A stretch of DNA of 64,000 nucleotides, from assembly GCF_009914755.1 (NCBI RefSeq), contig NC_060936.1. The stretch is one strand, 5' to 3'. This document shows, piece after piece, positions 39,285 through 57,780 of the stretch. The notes below the pieces were generated by a model, which ran no database searches, was not told the origin of the DNA, and worked only from the letters and a program-made list of their open reading frames with translations. The position numbers and the translations under genes were made by a program. Source of the stretch: the human T2T-CHM13v2.0 reference genome, Homo sapiens. Each line of letters opens with the position of its first letter. The first letter of the stretch is position 1.

Positions 39285-40130
39285 ACACTATTTAATGAGC
39301 TCCTACTATGTGCCAGGCCCTGTCCTAAGTGTTGTGGGTGTGACAGTGAATGAGACAGAAAGTTTCCGTGCTTTCATGGAGGTTAAATTCTGGGCAGGGA
39401 GAAATGGACAATAAGCAAGTAAAAAAATGAAAGATAATTTTCAACTGGTGAAGAGGGCTATGAAAAAAATAAAACAGGGTAGTGTGACACTGCCATAGAA
39501 GGTGTCTTTAGTTGGGGTGGCCAAGGAAGGGATGCCTGAGGAGGTAACACTTGAGCATGACTTAAGTGACCACGAGGCACCGGGCACAAAACATCCCAAG
39601 CAGAAGAAACAACAAATTCTAAAGTGGGAATGAGTCTGGGTGTTTAGAAACAGCAAAGGGGGCCAGGCATGGTGGCTCACACCTGTAATTCCAGCACTTT
39701 GGGAGGCCAAGGCAGACAGATCATTTGAGGACAGGAATTCGAGACCAGCCTGGGCAACATGGCGAAACCCTGTCTCTACTAAAAATACAAAAATTAGCCA
39801 GCTGTGGTGGCTCACGCCTGTAGTCCCAGCTACTCAGGAGGCTGGGGCGCGACAATTGCTTGAGCCCTGTAGGCAGAGGGTGCAATGAGCCGAAATGGCG
39901 CTGCTGCACTTCAGCCTGGGCAACAGAGCAAAACCTATCTCAAAAAAAAAAAAAAAGAAGAAGAAGAAAGAAAAGAAACAGCAAAGGGGCCAGTGTAGCT
40001 GAAGCAGAGTGAGAAAGGGGTGTGAGAAGGACAAGAGGTCGGGAGGGTGGGCAGGGTCCAGAGAACAAGGGGCACTGCAAGTCCAAGGAAGGAGTTTCGA
40101 TTTTTATTTTAATGCCATGAGGAGCCCCTT
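39285..40130 (-). mobile_element. L2 LINE 3' fragment interrupted by an Alu (39661-39975, +; TSD agaaacagcaaagggg)
   Basis: tttaatgagctcctactatgtgccaggc...cagtgaatgagacaga is the hallmark L2 3' end in antisense. Confidence 0.75.
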
Positions 40131-40529
40131 TAGATCACGATGTGTTGGTCTTCGTTGGTGCCATATCTACAACACCTGGAACAACTTCCGGTGCATAGCA
40201 GACGCTCAGGATATTTTCTGAATGAATTGCAGAGCATTAAACACAGCCTTTATAAAGCCATCATATTTTCTCTAGGCTAAATAAACAGTCCCAGTTACTT
40301 TATTCCTTTTATGATATCATTTTGAGTCTCCCAATCTCTAACAGGTGACATTAAATAAATCCCCTTAAAAAGAAATATGACAAGAGCAGATGACATATAA
40401 CAGATACCCTCTTGTAAGTCTAACTCCCTAGAACTAACAGGTAAACAAAAGATGCACAATTATGAATAGACGCTTTGGCTAAAAGATGATGTTTTACTTG
40501 ACTTGCACTTTATGTCTCGGAACTACTTA

Positions 40530-40763
<234 letters not shown>

Positions 40764-41730
40764 TCACCTCTTCTAACCCTGGGGGTTGATAAAATGCAGA
40801 ATATTTATTCACCAGAAGCAGTCTTTTATATGGCACCCACTTGACCAAAATATTAGCAAAGTTTGCTTTTTAAATCTACAAAAGATCATAAGCTACCAAG
40901 TGTCTGAGGCTCAAGATATTTTTGTGATTATGCTTAGAGAATTCACAGGGACAATAAAGTTGTTAAAAGTTAGGAGATGTGATCCAGTAATAAGACAACA
41001 CTGGCACTCAGTACTCAGGCCTGTGTGGCCAAACCTCCCTCTCCCCAAGTCCCAAAGCAGTGGCATGGGCTCCTCAACACAGAAAAGCTCCAAACTCCCA
41101 AGCCCCAAGAGCCTATACAAAGTTCTCAAGTCTAGACAGACACCAAATTTGGCACCTTTGGGGTTAGGATATTGGCTCAGGTTTAGAAAAAGAAACCACC
41201 GCCCAATTACTGAGCACCATAGAAAACGCTCCAAACATTGTGAAAATCAAAGCCAACGTTGCAGGCAGACTGGGCACTATTAAAAAGAGTTTAGGCAAAG
41301 GAACAGCATCACCAAATTGACATTTTAATTGATCTCTCTGTAATTGTGCAAAGAATAGAGGTGAGGAGAGACAAGGCAAGTGGCATGGACAGTGCCATGC
41401 AAGTCCAGGTAAAGATGATGATGGCCTGACCCAAAGCAGTCAGGGCACAGGGCACAGGACACAGGCGAGGAGGATGGACAGTGAGACCAGAGGCATGGGA
41501 TCTGACAGGCAGGTGGACGGTTTCCTGTGTTTCCAAGCCTCAAAAGGAAAACTGGGGAACCCTCTCAAAACTGAAAGCAAGGAGCAGGAAGAGCACTGAC
41601 AACGATGACCTGCTAAAATGTGACCCCACTGAGTCTGCTGTGTGCAAACAGGAAAAAGCTGCTTAACGCAGCTTCTCTGCAGCAGCATAAGGGGCCATGT
41701 ATTTCCCTCCTGGACAACCCTAAAAGGTTA

Positions 41731-41934
<204 letters not shown>

Positions 41935-42777
41935 TCACACCTGTAATCCCAATGCTTTGGGAGGCCGAGGCGAGCAGATCACCTGAGGTCAGGAGTTCAA
42001 GACCAGCCTGACCAACATGGAAAAACCCCGTCTCTACTAAAAATACAAAATTAGCCAGGCGTGGTGGCACATCCAGATAATCCCAGCTACTCAGGAGGCT
42101 GAGACAGGAGAATCACTTGAACCCGGGAGGCGGAGGTTGCAGTGAGATTGCGCCATTGCACTCCAGCCTGGGCGACAAGAGTGAAACCTGGTCTAAAGAA
42201 AAAAAAAAAAAATTAGTCGGGTGTGGTGGTGGGTGCCTGTAATCCCAGCTACGCTACTTGGGAAGCTGAGGCAGGAGAATCGCTTGAACTCACGGGGCAG
42301 AGGATGCAGTGAACTGAGATCATGCCACTGCACTCCAGCTGGGCAAAAGAGCGAGATTCCATCTTGATTAAAAAAAAAAAAACAAAACTAAAATCAGAAA
42401 AAATAATTATTCAAATCTGCAGCAAACCTCATCGCAAAGGAATTAAGCTAAGTAAAATCCATTGTGTTAGAAACGATCTCAAGATTCAGCCAAAAGGGGC
42501 TTTTAACTAAATGTGACTATCTGGCATCTTCTCAATTGTGGACCACACAAAACAGCAAATCCTGCCACTAACTACTCCATCAGCAATCTAGGCAAATGGA
42601 TTTCAGGTAAAGAACAACTTCCCCAGAGCATAAACTCCCACCCAAAAAGAGCCCAAGAATTCCCCAAGTAGACAATGAAGAAACACTCAATGTAAATGCA
42701 AGGTCACAACCAGGCTCATAGGTTTGAGGTTCTAAGTCACCGATAAGAGGATTGAGAAAAACAGAAAAAATCGAATT

Positions 42778-42912
42778 ATTAGGTGCAGCGTATACTGCTC
42801 GGAAGATGGGTGCACCAAAATCTCACAAAACACCACTAAAGAACTCACTCACGTAAGCAAACACCACTGGTTCCCCAATAACCTACGGTAATAAAAAAAA
42901 TTTAATTAAAAA
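42778..42912 (+). mobile_element. Short L1PB-type 3' UTR end
   Basis: gtgcagcgtatactgctcggaagatgggtgcaccaaaatctcacaaaacaccactaaagaact...ttccccaataacct followed by an A tail. Confidence 0.8.
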
Positions 42913-43009
42913 AGTTAATAAGGGCCGGGCGTGGTGGCTCACGCCTGTAATCGCAGCACTTTGGGAGGCAGAGGCAGGTGGATTGCCTGAGCTCAGGAGT
43001 TCAAGACTA

Positions 43010-43224
<215 letters not shown>

Positions 43225-43319
43225 TTAATATGGTAAATGAATCTAAAAAAAGAGCTTTAATTAACTTAATAAACAAGGTGAAAAAAAGCACCAGTAAGAC
43301 TGAAAAAAAAAAAAACTTA

Positions 43320-43775
43320 CCAGGAAGGACATACTTGTATACTGTTTGTGGAAACAAAAATAAAGGCTTTTTGGATTGCAATTTGGCAATATCTATTAAC
43401 AATTTTAAATTATTTATACCCCTTGACTCAAATTTCATTTCTAGGGGAAAAATGGGTGCAATCTAAATGTGTATGATTAAATCAGGTATAGTACATCCAA
43501 AGAGTATAATATGAAACAGCAGCTTACTGTTTTAAATTAAGACCTGTATTTGCTTCCATACAAGTGCCCCAAATCTACAGTCTACAATCTACGAAAGCAT
43601 ATTATGAAAATGGCTTATATGTAATAAGACCTCACTATGTGTGTGTTTCACTTCTACATATTATAGACAAACCTCACAAAAATAATGTTCAGCAAATGAA
43701 GACAGACACAAAAAAAGCACATACTGGATAAATTATAGTTATTTAAGGTTCAAACACAAGCAAAACAAATCTTGT
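43320..43775 (+). mobile_element. Old L1M (L1ME-like) fragments
   Basis: gcaatttggcaatatcta...ataccccttgactca and aacctcacaaaaataatgttcagcaaatgaagacagacacaaaa motifs. Confidence 0.55.
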
Positions 43776-43850
43776 AAATATTTTTTTTAATTCTCAGGAA
43801 GATATTTTTCCCCTTTCACAGTATCAAAGACCTGTATAACAAGTGTTGAG

Positions 43851-44558
43851 CTCGTGCCTGTAATCCTAGCACTTTGGGAGGCCAAGGAGAGCGGATCACG
43901 AGGTCAGGAGTTTGAGAACAGCCTGGCCAATATGGTGAAACCCTGTCTCTATTAAAAATACAAAAATTAGGCTGGGCGTGGTAGCTCACGCCTGTAACCC
44001 CAACACTTTGGGAGGCGGAGGCAGGCAGATCACAAGGTCAGGAGATCGAGACCATCCTGGCTAACACAGTGAAACCCCGTCTCTACTAAAAATACAAAAA
44101 AAAAAAAAAAAAAATAGCGGCCGGGCGCAGTGGCTCACACCTGTAATCCCAGCAGTTTGGGAGGCCGAGGCAGGCAGATCACGAGGTCAAGAGATCGAGA
44201 CCATCCTGGCTAACATGGTGAAACCCCGTCTCTACTAAAAATACCAAAAAAAAAAATTAGCAGCCAGGCGCGGTGGCTCACACCTGTAATCCCAGCACTT
44301 TGGGAGGCCGAGTCGGGTGGATCACGAGGTCAGGGGTTTGAGACTAGCCTGACCAACATGGTGAAACCCTGTCTCTACTAAAAATACAAAAAGTAGCTGG
44401 GCATGGTGGTGGGCGCCTGTAATCCCAGCTACTCAGGAGGCTGAGGCAGGAGAACTGCTTGAACCCAGGAGGCGGAGGTTACAGTGAGCCAAGATCGCGC
44501 CACTGCACTCTAGCCTGGGCAACAGAGCGAGACTCTGTCTCCAAAAATAAAAAAAAAG
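43851..44558 (+). mobile_element. Alu multimer: four consecutive left arms plus one right arm
   Basis: Left arms start at ~43851, 43970, 44119 and 44262; a single right arm from ~44395; flanking direct repeat agtgttgag. Confidence 0.85.
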
Positions 44559-45121
44559 AGTGTTGAGAACAAGAAAATTCTACTCTAAGATTCTTAGTGT
44601 AAGAGCCCTGGGGAGTAGCTCACAGAAAGATAAAGCTTGTCAGTTCAAATCTAAAAAGCTGACAAGTCACCTCCTCATATATGGTCATGAGCTAAAAATT
44701 CAGCACAGAACATGCAGTCCAAGGCATGGAGACAACCACGTTGAAACACAACAGCTGGGCGTCAGTCAAATTGTCCAAGAACCTGACATCACATCCTAGA
44801 AATATCAAATATAATCTAAATGCAGCACTGTAGCCTTGCTTATGGAGGTTAGGAAACAAAGTTGTTAAATATCTCACTGAGGTCCCAAAGGCAAAGCAGG
44901 GACTTAGTTTGTCTTCTTAGCACTATGATACGCTGCCCCTCTTTAAAAAAAAAATCACTAAATTCTGAGGTTCTAGAATGTAGAGCATGTAGACCTTACA
45001 CCTTGTGTTTCTGCTTATTAGTCAAACAGTAGCTACTGTACATTTCCTTCCTCTTCCTAAATCTAAACCTTATCATTTGAAAGGCCCTGAAATTCTTTTT
45101 TTTTTTTTTTCTTTGACATAG

Positions 45122-45250
<129 letters not shown>

Positions 45251-46155
45251 TGAGCTCAGCTAATTTTTGTATTTTTAGTAGAGACGGGGTTTCACCATGT
45301 TGACCAGGCTGGTCTTGAACTCCTGACCTTAGGTGATATGCCTGCCTCGGCCTCCAAAACTGCTGGTATTATAGGCATGAGCCACTGCACCTGGCCTTGG
45401 CCCAGAAATTCTTGAGTAACATCCTCTGATGCCTTGAGTTTTCCAAGCCATTTAAGGTAGCAGAATCTTATACACACCCATATAATTTCACTAAACCAAA
45501 AATTAAAAATCAGAAGGGGAAAAAAAATCCAATTTTTATAAACACATCTAAGTTCACTTCTGAGCTTATTTTGTCAATAAAGTTACTCTTTTTTTTTTTT
45601 TTTTGAAACAGGGTCTTGCTGGAGTGCCATGACATAATCATAGTTCCCTGCAGCTTCCATCTCCCAGGCTCAGCCTCCTGAGTAGCTGGGACTACAGGCG
45701 TGAGACCCCATGTCCGGCTTATTTTAATTTTGTTTTATATGGAGTCTTGCTTTGTTGCCCAGGCTGGAGTGTAGTGACGCGATCTTGGCTCACTGCAACC
45801 TCCACCTCCTGGGTTTAAGTGATTCTCCTGCCTAAACCTCCAAGTAGCTTGGATTACAGGTGCCTGCCACCATGCCTGTCTAATTTTTGTATTTTTAGTA
45901 GAGACGGGGTGTCGCCATGTTGGCCAGGCTGGTCTTGAACTCCTGACCTCAAGTGATCCACCCGCTTAGCCTCCCAAACTACTGGGATTACAGGAATGAG
46001 CCACCCCGCCCGGCCAATTATTTTATTTTTTATAGAGACAGGGTCTCACTTTGTTGCCCAGGTTCAAGTGATCCTCCCACCTTGGCCTCCCAAAATGCTG
46101 GGATTACAGGCGTAAGCCACCGTACCTAGCCACGGTTACCTTACTATTTACAAGT

Positions 46156-46229
46156 TCCTTGTTAGTATAGTGGTGAGTGTTTCTGCCTGTCATGTGGAGA
46201 CTGGAGTTTGAGTCCCCAACAGGGAGCCA
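46156..46229 (+). pseudogene. tRNA-Asp(GTC) retro-pseudogene with genomic CCA
   Basis: Aligns end to end with human tRNA-Asp-GTC (TCCTCGTTAGTATAGTGGTGAGT...GGGGAG); anticodon GTC at 46189-46191; CCA at 46227-46229; T-loop/B-box decayed (GTTTGAG). Confidence 0.88.
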
Positions 46230-46240
46230 TATAATATTAA

Positions 46241-46485
<245 letters not shown>

Positions 46486-47167
46486 TGATCCACCCACCTG
46501 GGACTCCCAAAGTGCTGGGATTACAGGCATGAGCCACGGCACCTGGCCAAGAAAATTTTTAATAATAAAAGTAAATATTTAGAAATTATAAACTCAATAT
46601 TCTTTTAGCTAAACTGCTAGATACAACTAGAATAGTTCACTGCTCTTTCTAGACACAAACTGCACAGCCAGTTTCTAATTTGTTGCGTAGTTACCCATAA
46701 ACTGAACTGATTAATTTCTCTATAAAAGAGTGGTCATCCCTCCAGAACAGACTCTGAGCCAAGGAGTATCCTATGTGTGTATTTCTGGCATTTTTTTTTT
46801 TTTTTTGAGACAGAGTCTCACTCTCTCGCCCAGGCTGGAGTGTAGTGGCGCAATCTCGGCTCACTGCAACCTCCACCTCCCAGGTTCAGGCAATTCTCTG
46901 CCTCAGCCTCCTGAGTAGCTGGGATTACAGGCGCCCCCACCAATCCCAGCTAATTTTTTTGTATTTTTAGTAGAGACAGGGTTTCACCATCTTGGCCAGG
47001 CTGGTCTTGAACTCCTGACCTCGTGATCCACCCGCCTCAGCCTCCCAAAGTGCTGGGATTATAGGTGTGAGCCACCGCGCCCAGCCCTGATGTGTGTGTA
47101 TTTCAACCACTCACTGGTGTTTATATCTCAGTTCAATGAAATGACCTCAGAATGTTTCTCTACTCAC

Positions 47168-47739
47168 CAATACTCTGTCTCCGATTTTGAGCTCTCTTTC
47201 TCCTTTCTTGATTGAGCCAGCCTCTGAAAGGTTGGAGATAGATTCACTGGCAGTTTTTGTAAGGTTGCTGATCGGAGGCGTAGCTGAAGGTTCCTTTGCT
47301 GCTGGCTGTGATGGTTTCTGAGGGATGTTTGAAGGGGTGGAGGGGGAGGAAGACACCATGCTGGCCGTAGAAGTGCACAGCGGTGAAGTAGCTCGGGAGG
47401 CGGGCGTTGTCTGCAGGCCATTAGCTTCATCTTCTGCTTGCACCTTCCTTGTTAACTTTGAAGGTCGGGTAAATATGCCCTTTAAAGGTTCACACTGGAA
47501 ATACCGAACTCCTGCCACCGAACCATCGTTCTTGCCTATGGGTTCATCTAAAACAATTCCAGCCCACTGGCCTGGTGCAAACTGGGTTTCTCCAAGAAAC
47601 TGGATAAATCCAGGCTTATTTCCATTCACCCAAACTCGCTCCCCAACTCGAAAGTCATCCACAAATTCCTCCTGAGTCTCAGATGATGGAGTGCTTGATG
47701 CTTTTTCACTGGATATGGTTTTTTCTACTGGAGCTACAA
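47168..47739 (-). CDS. CLIP1: CLIP1 exon 3 (572 nt): first CAP-Gly domain (GKNDG), Ser/Pro-rich linker, start of second CAP-Gly
   Basis: ORF 47147..47749 (VVAPVEK...[13 protein letters not shown]...KIGDRVL); acceptor ttttcag|TTGTAG; donor TTG|gtgagt. Confidence 0.98.
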
Positions 47740-47887
47740 CTGAAAACAAAAGATCATAAGAGATTCGATTTAATTTTCAAGCAGACAACCTCTAACTTAA
47801 AGAAAAACTAGAGAAAGCCAACAGCCCACAGGAGTAGCCCAGAACTCTTAGAAAGGTGTTTTAAAGTGTGGTTTTTTGTTCTTTTGA

Positions 47888-47989
<102 letters not shown>

Positions 47990-48612
47990 TGAGTAGCTAG
48001 GATTACAGATGTGCACCACCATATCTGGCTAATTTTTGTATTTTTAGTAGAGACGGGGTCTCACCACGTTGGCCAGGCTGGTCTCAAACTCCTGACCTCA
48101 GGTGAACCTCCCGCCTCAGCCTCCCAAAGTGTTAGGATTACAGGCATGAGCCACTGTGCCTCACCAAAGTGTTTTTGTTTGTTTTGTGCTGTTTTGTTTT
48201 AAACAAGGAAGCCAAGAATAACTGATCCTTCACTACCATCTTCAATGCTGCTAAACTCCGCAAACTGGTAGTTGAGGTTTATTCCTTTATTTGCAATTAA
48301 GATTAGAAAAAGTCAAAGTAAGAAAAAAATAAAATCAGTCCTTTTTCCAGGCCTATATTCATAATTGGTCTGATTTCATTATTTGCTACACCCGCCACCC
48401 TGCACATCATGAGCAAATATCCATTCACATTCACTAAATAGCACTACTCCACAATTGAGTAGTCAATCGAAGCTGATAAAAACTAGGACTATTCCAGGCA
48501 CAGTGGCTCACGCCTGTAATCCCACTTCTTTGAGAGGCTGAGGTGGGTGGATCATTTGAGGTCTGGAGTTTGAGACCAGCCCAGTCAACATGATGAAACC
48601 CCATTCCTACTA

Positions 48613-48902
<290 letters not shown>

Positions 48903-48905
48903 TCA

Positions 48906-49349
<444 letters not shown>

Positions 49350-49466
49350 TCAAAAACAAAGAAGCAAACAAAAAACCCTACAAAAATTCATTAAGCTCTC
49401 CACATATAAAATTTTATGTCTTTCAATTAAAAATTCTTTCAGGCCAGGCATGGTGGCTCACACCTA

Positions 49467-49721
<255 letters not shown>

Positions 49722-49764
49722 TTAAAAAAAAAAAAAAAAAAAAAATGCAAGGCACAGTGGCTCA

Positions 49765-50085
<321 letters not shown>

Positions 50086-50150
50086 TTAAAATTAAAAAGC
50101 AAATTGAAGTCTCCATATAGGATAAGGAAAGGAAAAGCGTAAAGTATTAC

Positions 50151-50235
50151 CAGCCGTAGGTGTCTTCAGAGCTGTGCTTCCAGGCTTCAGGATCTTGGTG
50201 GGGGCCTTAAGCCCACTTGGCTTTAGCATACTCAT
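50151..50235 (-). CDS. CLIP1: CLIP1 exon 2 coding part (start codon; [28 protein letters not shown]), 85 nt
   Basis: ATG AGT ATG CTA AAG on the minus strand; donor GCT G|gtaata; phase 1 fits the next exon. Confidence 0.97.
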
Positions 50236-50341
50236 TTTCTTTGTATGTCAGAGCTGTTTCTCCTTTGCCTGTTGCCACTATCTTTCCCCAACCATTGATA
50301 CAACTGTGGGTTCTATAGTGAAGTCAGTCTCTGGATTAAAT
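50236..50341 (-). other. CLIP1: CLIP1 exon 2, 5' UTR portion (106 nt)
   Basis: Acceptor tttctttctctttgcag|ATTTAATCC at 50342/50341, continuous to the ATG at 50235. Confidence 0.9.
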
Positions 50342-51552
50342 CTGCAAAGAGAAAGAAATAAAAAGATTTTATAATCTACAGGAGCAAGTAGGAACAACAG
50401 GTAGCTTTCATAGACTAAAGCTTTCCTTTCATTTGACAATAATCCATCTCCAGGCTGAACCTAGGAACCTAGAAGACTCTGGTTATTAAACACATGAAAA
50501 TGCTGCTGAAATGGATTTAAAGGCAATTTACTATCCTCAAGACAAGCAGTTAGCCAGGTGCCATGACCCACTCCTCACATCTGTAATCCCAGCACTTTGG
50601 GAGGCTAAGATAGGAGGACTGTTTGAGGCCAGGAGTTCGAGACCAGCCTGATCAATATAGCAAGACCCTGTCTCTACAAAAATAAAAATAAAAATAAATT
50701 AGCCATGAGGCTGAGGGGGAAGGATTTCATGAGCCCAGGAGTTTGAGGCTGCAGTGAGCCATGATCGATCACACCACTGTACTCCAGCCTGGGTGACAGA
50801 GCAAGACCCCAACTCAAAACAAACAAACAAAAAACACAAAAACAAAAATAAGCAATTAAGACAAACAAAGTGTTTGCTTTGTTTTATATATCTAATGTTC
50901 TTAGCTCAGTACAGTTCCTAAAACCCACACAATCCATAAAAGAGGGTTCAGAAAAATCTACACCAAACAATGCGGGGAGAAAAAGGAAGCTTTCAGTTTT
51001 TTACTTTCATTTCTATATTGCTTAAGTTTTACTACAACAAGCCTGTATTAGCTATATTTTTTAAATCCACAGAATTATGCAATTTACAATATAAAACTAT
51101 ATATATGTTAAACTACAGGAAGATTAAAACTATGTAAGAAAAAGCCCTACCTGGGAAGTGATGAGGGAAAATTACCTTGTTTCTATCTAGAAAAAAACAA
51201 TATACTGCTGGTTTACTCAAGACCAGATATGAATCTATGACTTTTGGACTAAGGTAAAATAGTATCCTGTCATATTCTCTTCACCTCCATAGAAAGTGAA
51301 TTGAAATTACCTTGGGGTTTTGGAATATAGGGAAATATTTTCAGACATAATACCTAAAAACAGAACAATTCAAAGAGAAAAATGCTGCCATTTAATGACT
51401 CTGTCAAATGACAATGTTCTGCATTTTTCTCTGCGAGCAGAGCTTGGATGATGAAGCACAGACCTCACTTTCTCATCTTGTCTCCCTCACAGCCAACGCC
51501 AGCCACTGGCAAAGAATCTGGCCAGGGATGACAAAGGTACATGCAGCCCACT

Positions 51553-52350
<798 letters not shown>

Positions 52351-54192
52351 CAGGCATGGTGGTACACACCTGTAATCCCAGGTACTCAGGTGGCAGGAGA
52401 ATTGGCTGAACCCAGGAGGCAGAGGCTGCAGTGAGCCGAGATCGTGCACTGCACTCCACCCTAGGTGGTAGAGTGAGACTATGTCTCAATAAATAAATAA
52501 ATAAATAAATAAATAAGTGTGGTTTGGGAGAAGATTCTGAAGGACAGAGTAAGAACTGGCATTTACCTGAAGACAGAAGTCACTATCCTGATTATGAATA
52601 TAAAATTCCCAAGCTCCTCACCGCCATTACCACCATCACCACTGCCATCAGTGATGAGGGAAAGAGATCCGGGTGGGAGTCCCTACGCTAAGGCCGTAGT
52701 TCTGATTCACAGTCAGGTTTGAAACCACCTGCTTTACTGTCAGACTCTCACCACACAGCTTGCAAGTTTCAAGCAGAGTTATTTGTTCCTGCTGCTGCCT
52801 CAGACAGATAGAAGGGATTGGCCAAGTCTCCTCTAGACTCAGCCAACAACGACCATGTCTACGTCCATAAAATTTGAGAAGGATGCAAACAGGCTAAGTG
52901 TAGAAATTCCCTAGGGCCTTCCCTACTCTTCACCCTGGGCCAACCTCATAGAGTGACAAGGGCCAGGTAGAACTGACAGAGAACAGACGGAGCAGGCACT
53001 GTGGTTCTGGAAAACCTTTTACGGTGACAAAATGAAAGAACAAAATGCTCCTTAAATTATTTCACTTGCACACAACAGGGAGCTGTTGGGCTCACGTCAA
53101 GCACTCCCTAAAGAGGAATTTTGAAAACGGCCACAAGACCTAACAAGGGAACTTTCAAATCTTGCAGCTCAGTATCATAAACTCACAAAAATCTGACCAT
53201 CTTCAAGCCTCCGCCTAAAACACAGAAGCATGTGGTTATTACAAACCAAAGACTAATCATAAGCTCTGTCTAGGGCTCTGTTGTCCAATCCTCATGCCTC
53301 TGGTTGTCGGTCCATCTGTGTTCCTTGAATCCTAACGCGGAGAACTGTGACCAAGGTTTAATGAAGGAGAAAAATCTAGTCTGTCTCAATAAAAGAATTA
53401 GCAGCAACAACGCCAGTGTTGATTTTTTAAATCTTCCAATTTATAATTTCTTTTTCATGCATTATTAATGACTGGCATGTCAGGCTTGCTTCAAAAAAAC
53501 AAAAGATCAAAGTCTTTGTCATGGTACCCACAACATGCAGTGATCAAGAGGCAACATCTCTGTATAATGTTTCAAGGTCAGTGAATGTCACATTGAAACT
53601 AATCAATTCCAAAAAATGTGCAAAACAAAAAAAAAAAGACATTGTTGCCTCACTAATAAGCTGAGCATATTTGAATTTTTGACACTTGTGCTCAATGAAT
53701 CAGGAGATTTGGACCTAAAATAAGACAAACTACCCTTCTCCCCCACCCTCCCAACATGTAAGGACCATAACACATAGAACATTATAATTCAGAAATAATT
53801 TTTATGTGAATTACTATCCCATTTGAGCATTACAATACTATGAATTAGCCACTATTATTACCTCTTTTTTACAAATGAAGAAATGCTGCAGAAATTAAGA
53901 AATTAACAGATGTGTTTCCTCACTTGTTCATCACCTGTCTCCTAAGGTCATTCGGCTCAGTGGCACAGATGCGAACACAGGTATTGTGATTCCAAAGTTC
54001 ATCTCTTTTCACTAAATTTAATATTAAAACTTAGGAGATAGCACTCATCAAGATGAAAAACATCAGTTCTGCTACTACAAGAATGACCTACATATGTATG
54101 GCATCAAGAGCTCACATAGCACAAATACAAAACTGCCTGTGTATCAGGCTTCAGCTGTGAAGGTAGGTGTGCAATTACCATTAGTCCAATCA

Positions 54193-54480
<288 letters not shown>

Positions 54481-54719
54481 TTACAGTGGGCCGAGATCGC
54501 GCCACTGCACTCCGGCCTGGGTGACAGAGCAAGACTCCATCTCAAAAAATAAAAAAAAAAAATAAAGCGAAATCATTCTCTCCAGTTTCTTTTTTTTTTT
54601 TTTCTCTTCTAACACATTTCTGTTCAGGCACAGGCACAAAGAAGATACCTAAATTCAACCATAATCAAAATTTGCCAGTTAAGTTAAAACTGGAAGGGAA
54701 ACAAGTGAGTTGATGGTAA

Positions 54720-54839
<120 letters not shown>

Positions 54840-55749
54840 TGAGTAGCTGGGACTACAGGCGCCCACCACCACGCCCAGCTAAATTTTGTATTTTTAGTAG
54901 AGACGGGGTTTCACCATATTGGCCAGGATGGTCTCAATCTCTTGACCTTGTGATCCACTAGCCTTGGCCTCCTAAAGTGTTGGGGTTACAGGCGTGAGAC
55001 ACCGCACACGGCCGATGGTAATTTTTAAAGGGTGTTTGAAAAGTGTCACTAAAATGGGACAGGACATCTGAGATGGGTAAAAAGGGACATGAAGGCAAAG
55101 TAGCGCTGACAGTGAAAAGGAGTGACGGCAACGGATGAAGGGCTGCTGCAGCGACGACACTGGATGCTCAGATGTGCATGCAAATCTCCCCAGGATCTTG
55201 TGAAACTGCAGCTTCAGCTTTCTTACACTCCCAGGGGATATTAATGCTGCCATTTTGAGGACCCTCCACCTCTATGAATAGCAAGGGGTCAAAGGATAGG
55301 AGGTGGTGGTTAGAGTGAGAAGATTCATCCCTTTGACCACAGGATGGAACTCAGAGGCCTGAGTATTGAAAGGACTGCTGGTAGGACTGCCCATGTCTAT
55401 ATTTGGAGGAGGAGGTGTTGACAGTAAGAAGGAAGGAAAAGTGAAAAGGAATGAAAGGAAGAGAATGAAGTCAGTGGATGTCGGCTGCAGGAGGGGTAAC
55501 AGGTGGCAGCGCTTGAAAGGATCTTGAATGTTTGAAGGATGGAGAAATAGTAACATATCAGCAGGAAACAACATGGTCAGCTACCCCATGTACCTTCCCC
55601 TGAGGAGCCCCCTTCAGAGGGGTGAAGAGCAGTATCTTCAGAGGCCATCCAAGTTTTAGCATAACAAGGAGGGAAAGAGAATGCAGAGAAGAGGCTGGTG
55701 ATAGACAAGTTTCATGTTCACAACTTGAATTGCAGAGGTCAAGAGTTTA

Positions 55750-56064
<315 letters not shown>

Positions 56065-56841
56065 TCAAAAAAAGAAAAGAAAAAAAGAAAATACATCAAA
56101 ATGAAGAAATGTTAAGTATGTGTTGCCAAACTAAAAAGAAGTATAGTCCAAAAAGTCTAGAAAAAGGAAGCTATGAAGAAAACGTCTATTGACTAATGGG
56201 AAAAGGTTCTCTTGAAAAGAGACAGTGAGTCCGTGGAGCAGGTACACCATTGTTATGGAAAAGGTTTGTCAGGATCACAAAGCTGGATAAAAATAGGCAT
56301 TTGGATAGTCAAGTCAGTGTTCCAAAATTCTATGCTCAGATTACAGTTTAGATTTTCAACAGTGACCAAAGAGAATAGTGTCTTTTTGGCATTTCTCTGA
56401 TTATAAATACACGGTTATTTTTTATAAACTACAATCTCTCAATTTGTGTGATTCAAGAATCTAATCTTTGAGTAAACGATTTTTTTAAAAAATGAGATTC
56501 TGGCTGGCACAGTGGTTCACATCTGTAATCCCAAGACTTTGAGAAGCCGAGGCAGGAGGATCGTTTAAGCCAAAGAGTTTGAGACCAGCCCTGGGCAATA
56601 TGTCTCAAAAAAAAAAAAAAAAAAGAGAGAGAGATTCTGAGCTTACAAAGCTGACGGTAAGATCATCCTGCCAATCGTGACTTGGTTTTTTTAAGATAGG
56701 GTCTTGCCCTGTTGCTCAAGCTGGAGTGCAGTAGCACGATCACAGTTCACTGCAGCCTCTAACTCCCAAGCTCAAGTGATTCTCCCACCTTCGCCTCCCA
56801 TGTATCTAGTACTACAGGTACATGCCACCACACCCAGCTAA

Positions 56842-57780
<939 letters not shown>

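Noticed and set aside
46156-46229. Functional tRNA-Asp gene
   Set aside because: Decayed T-loop/B-box, broken stems, a 1-nt deletion and genomic CCA point to a retro-pseudogene.
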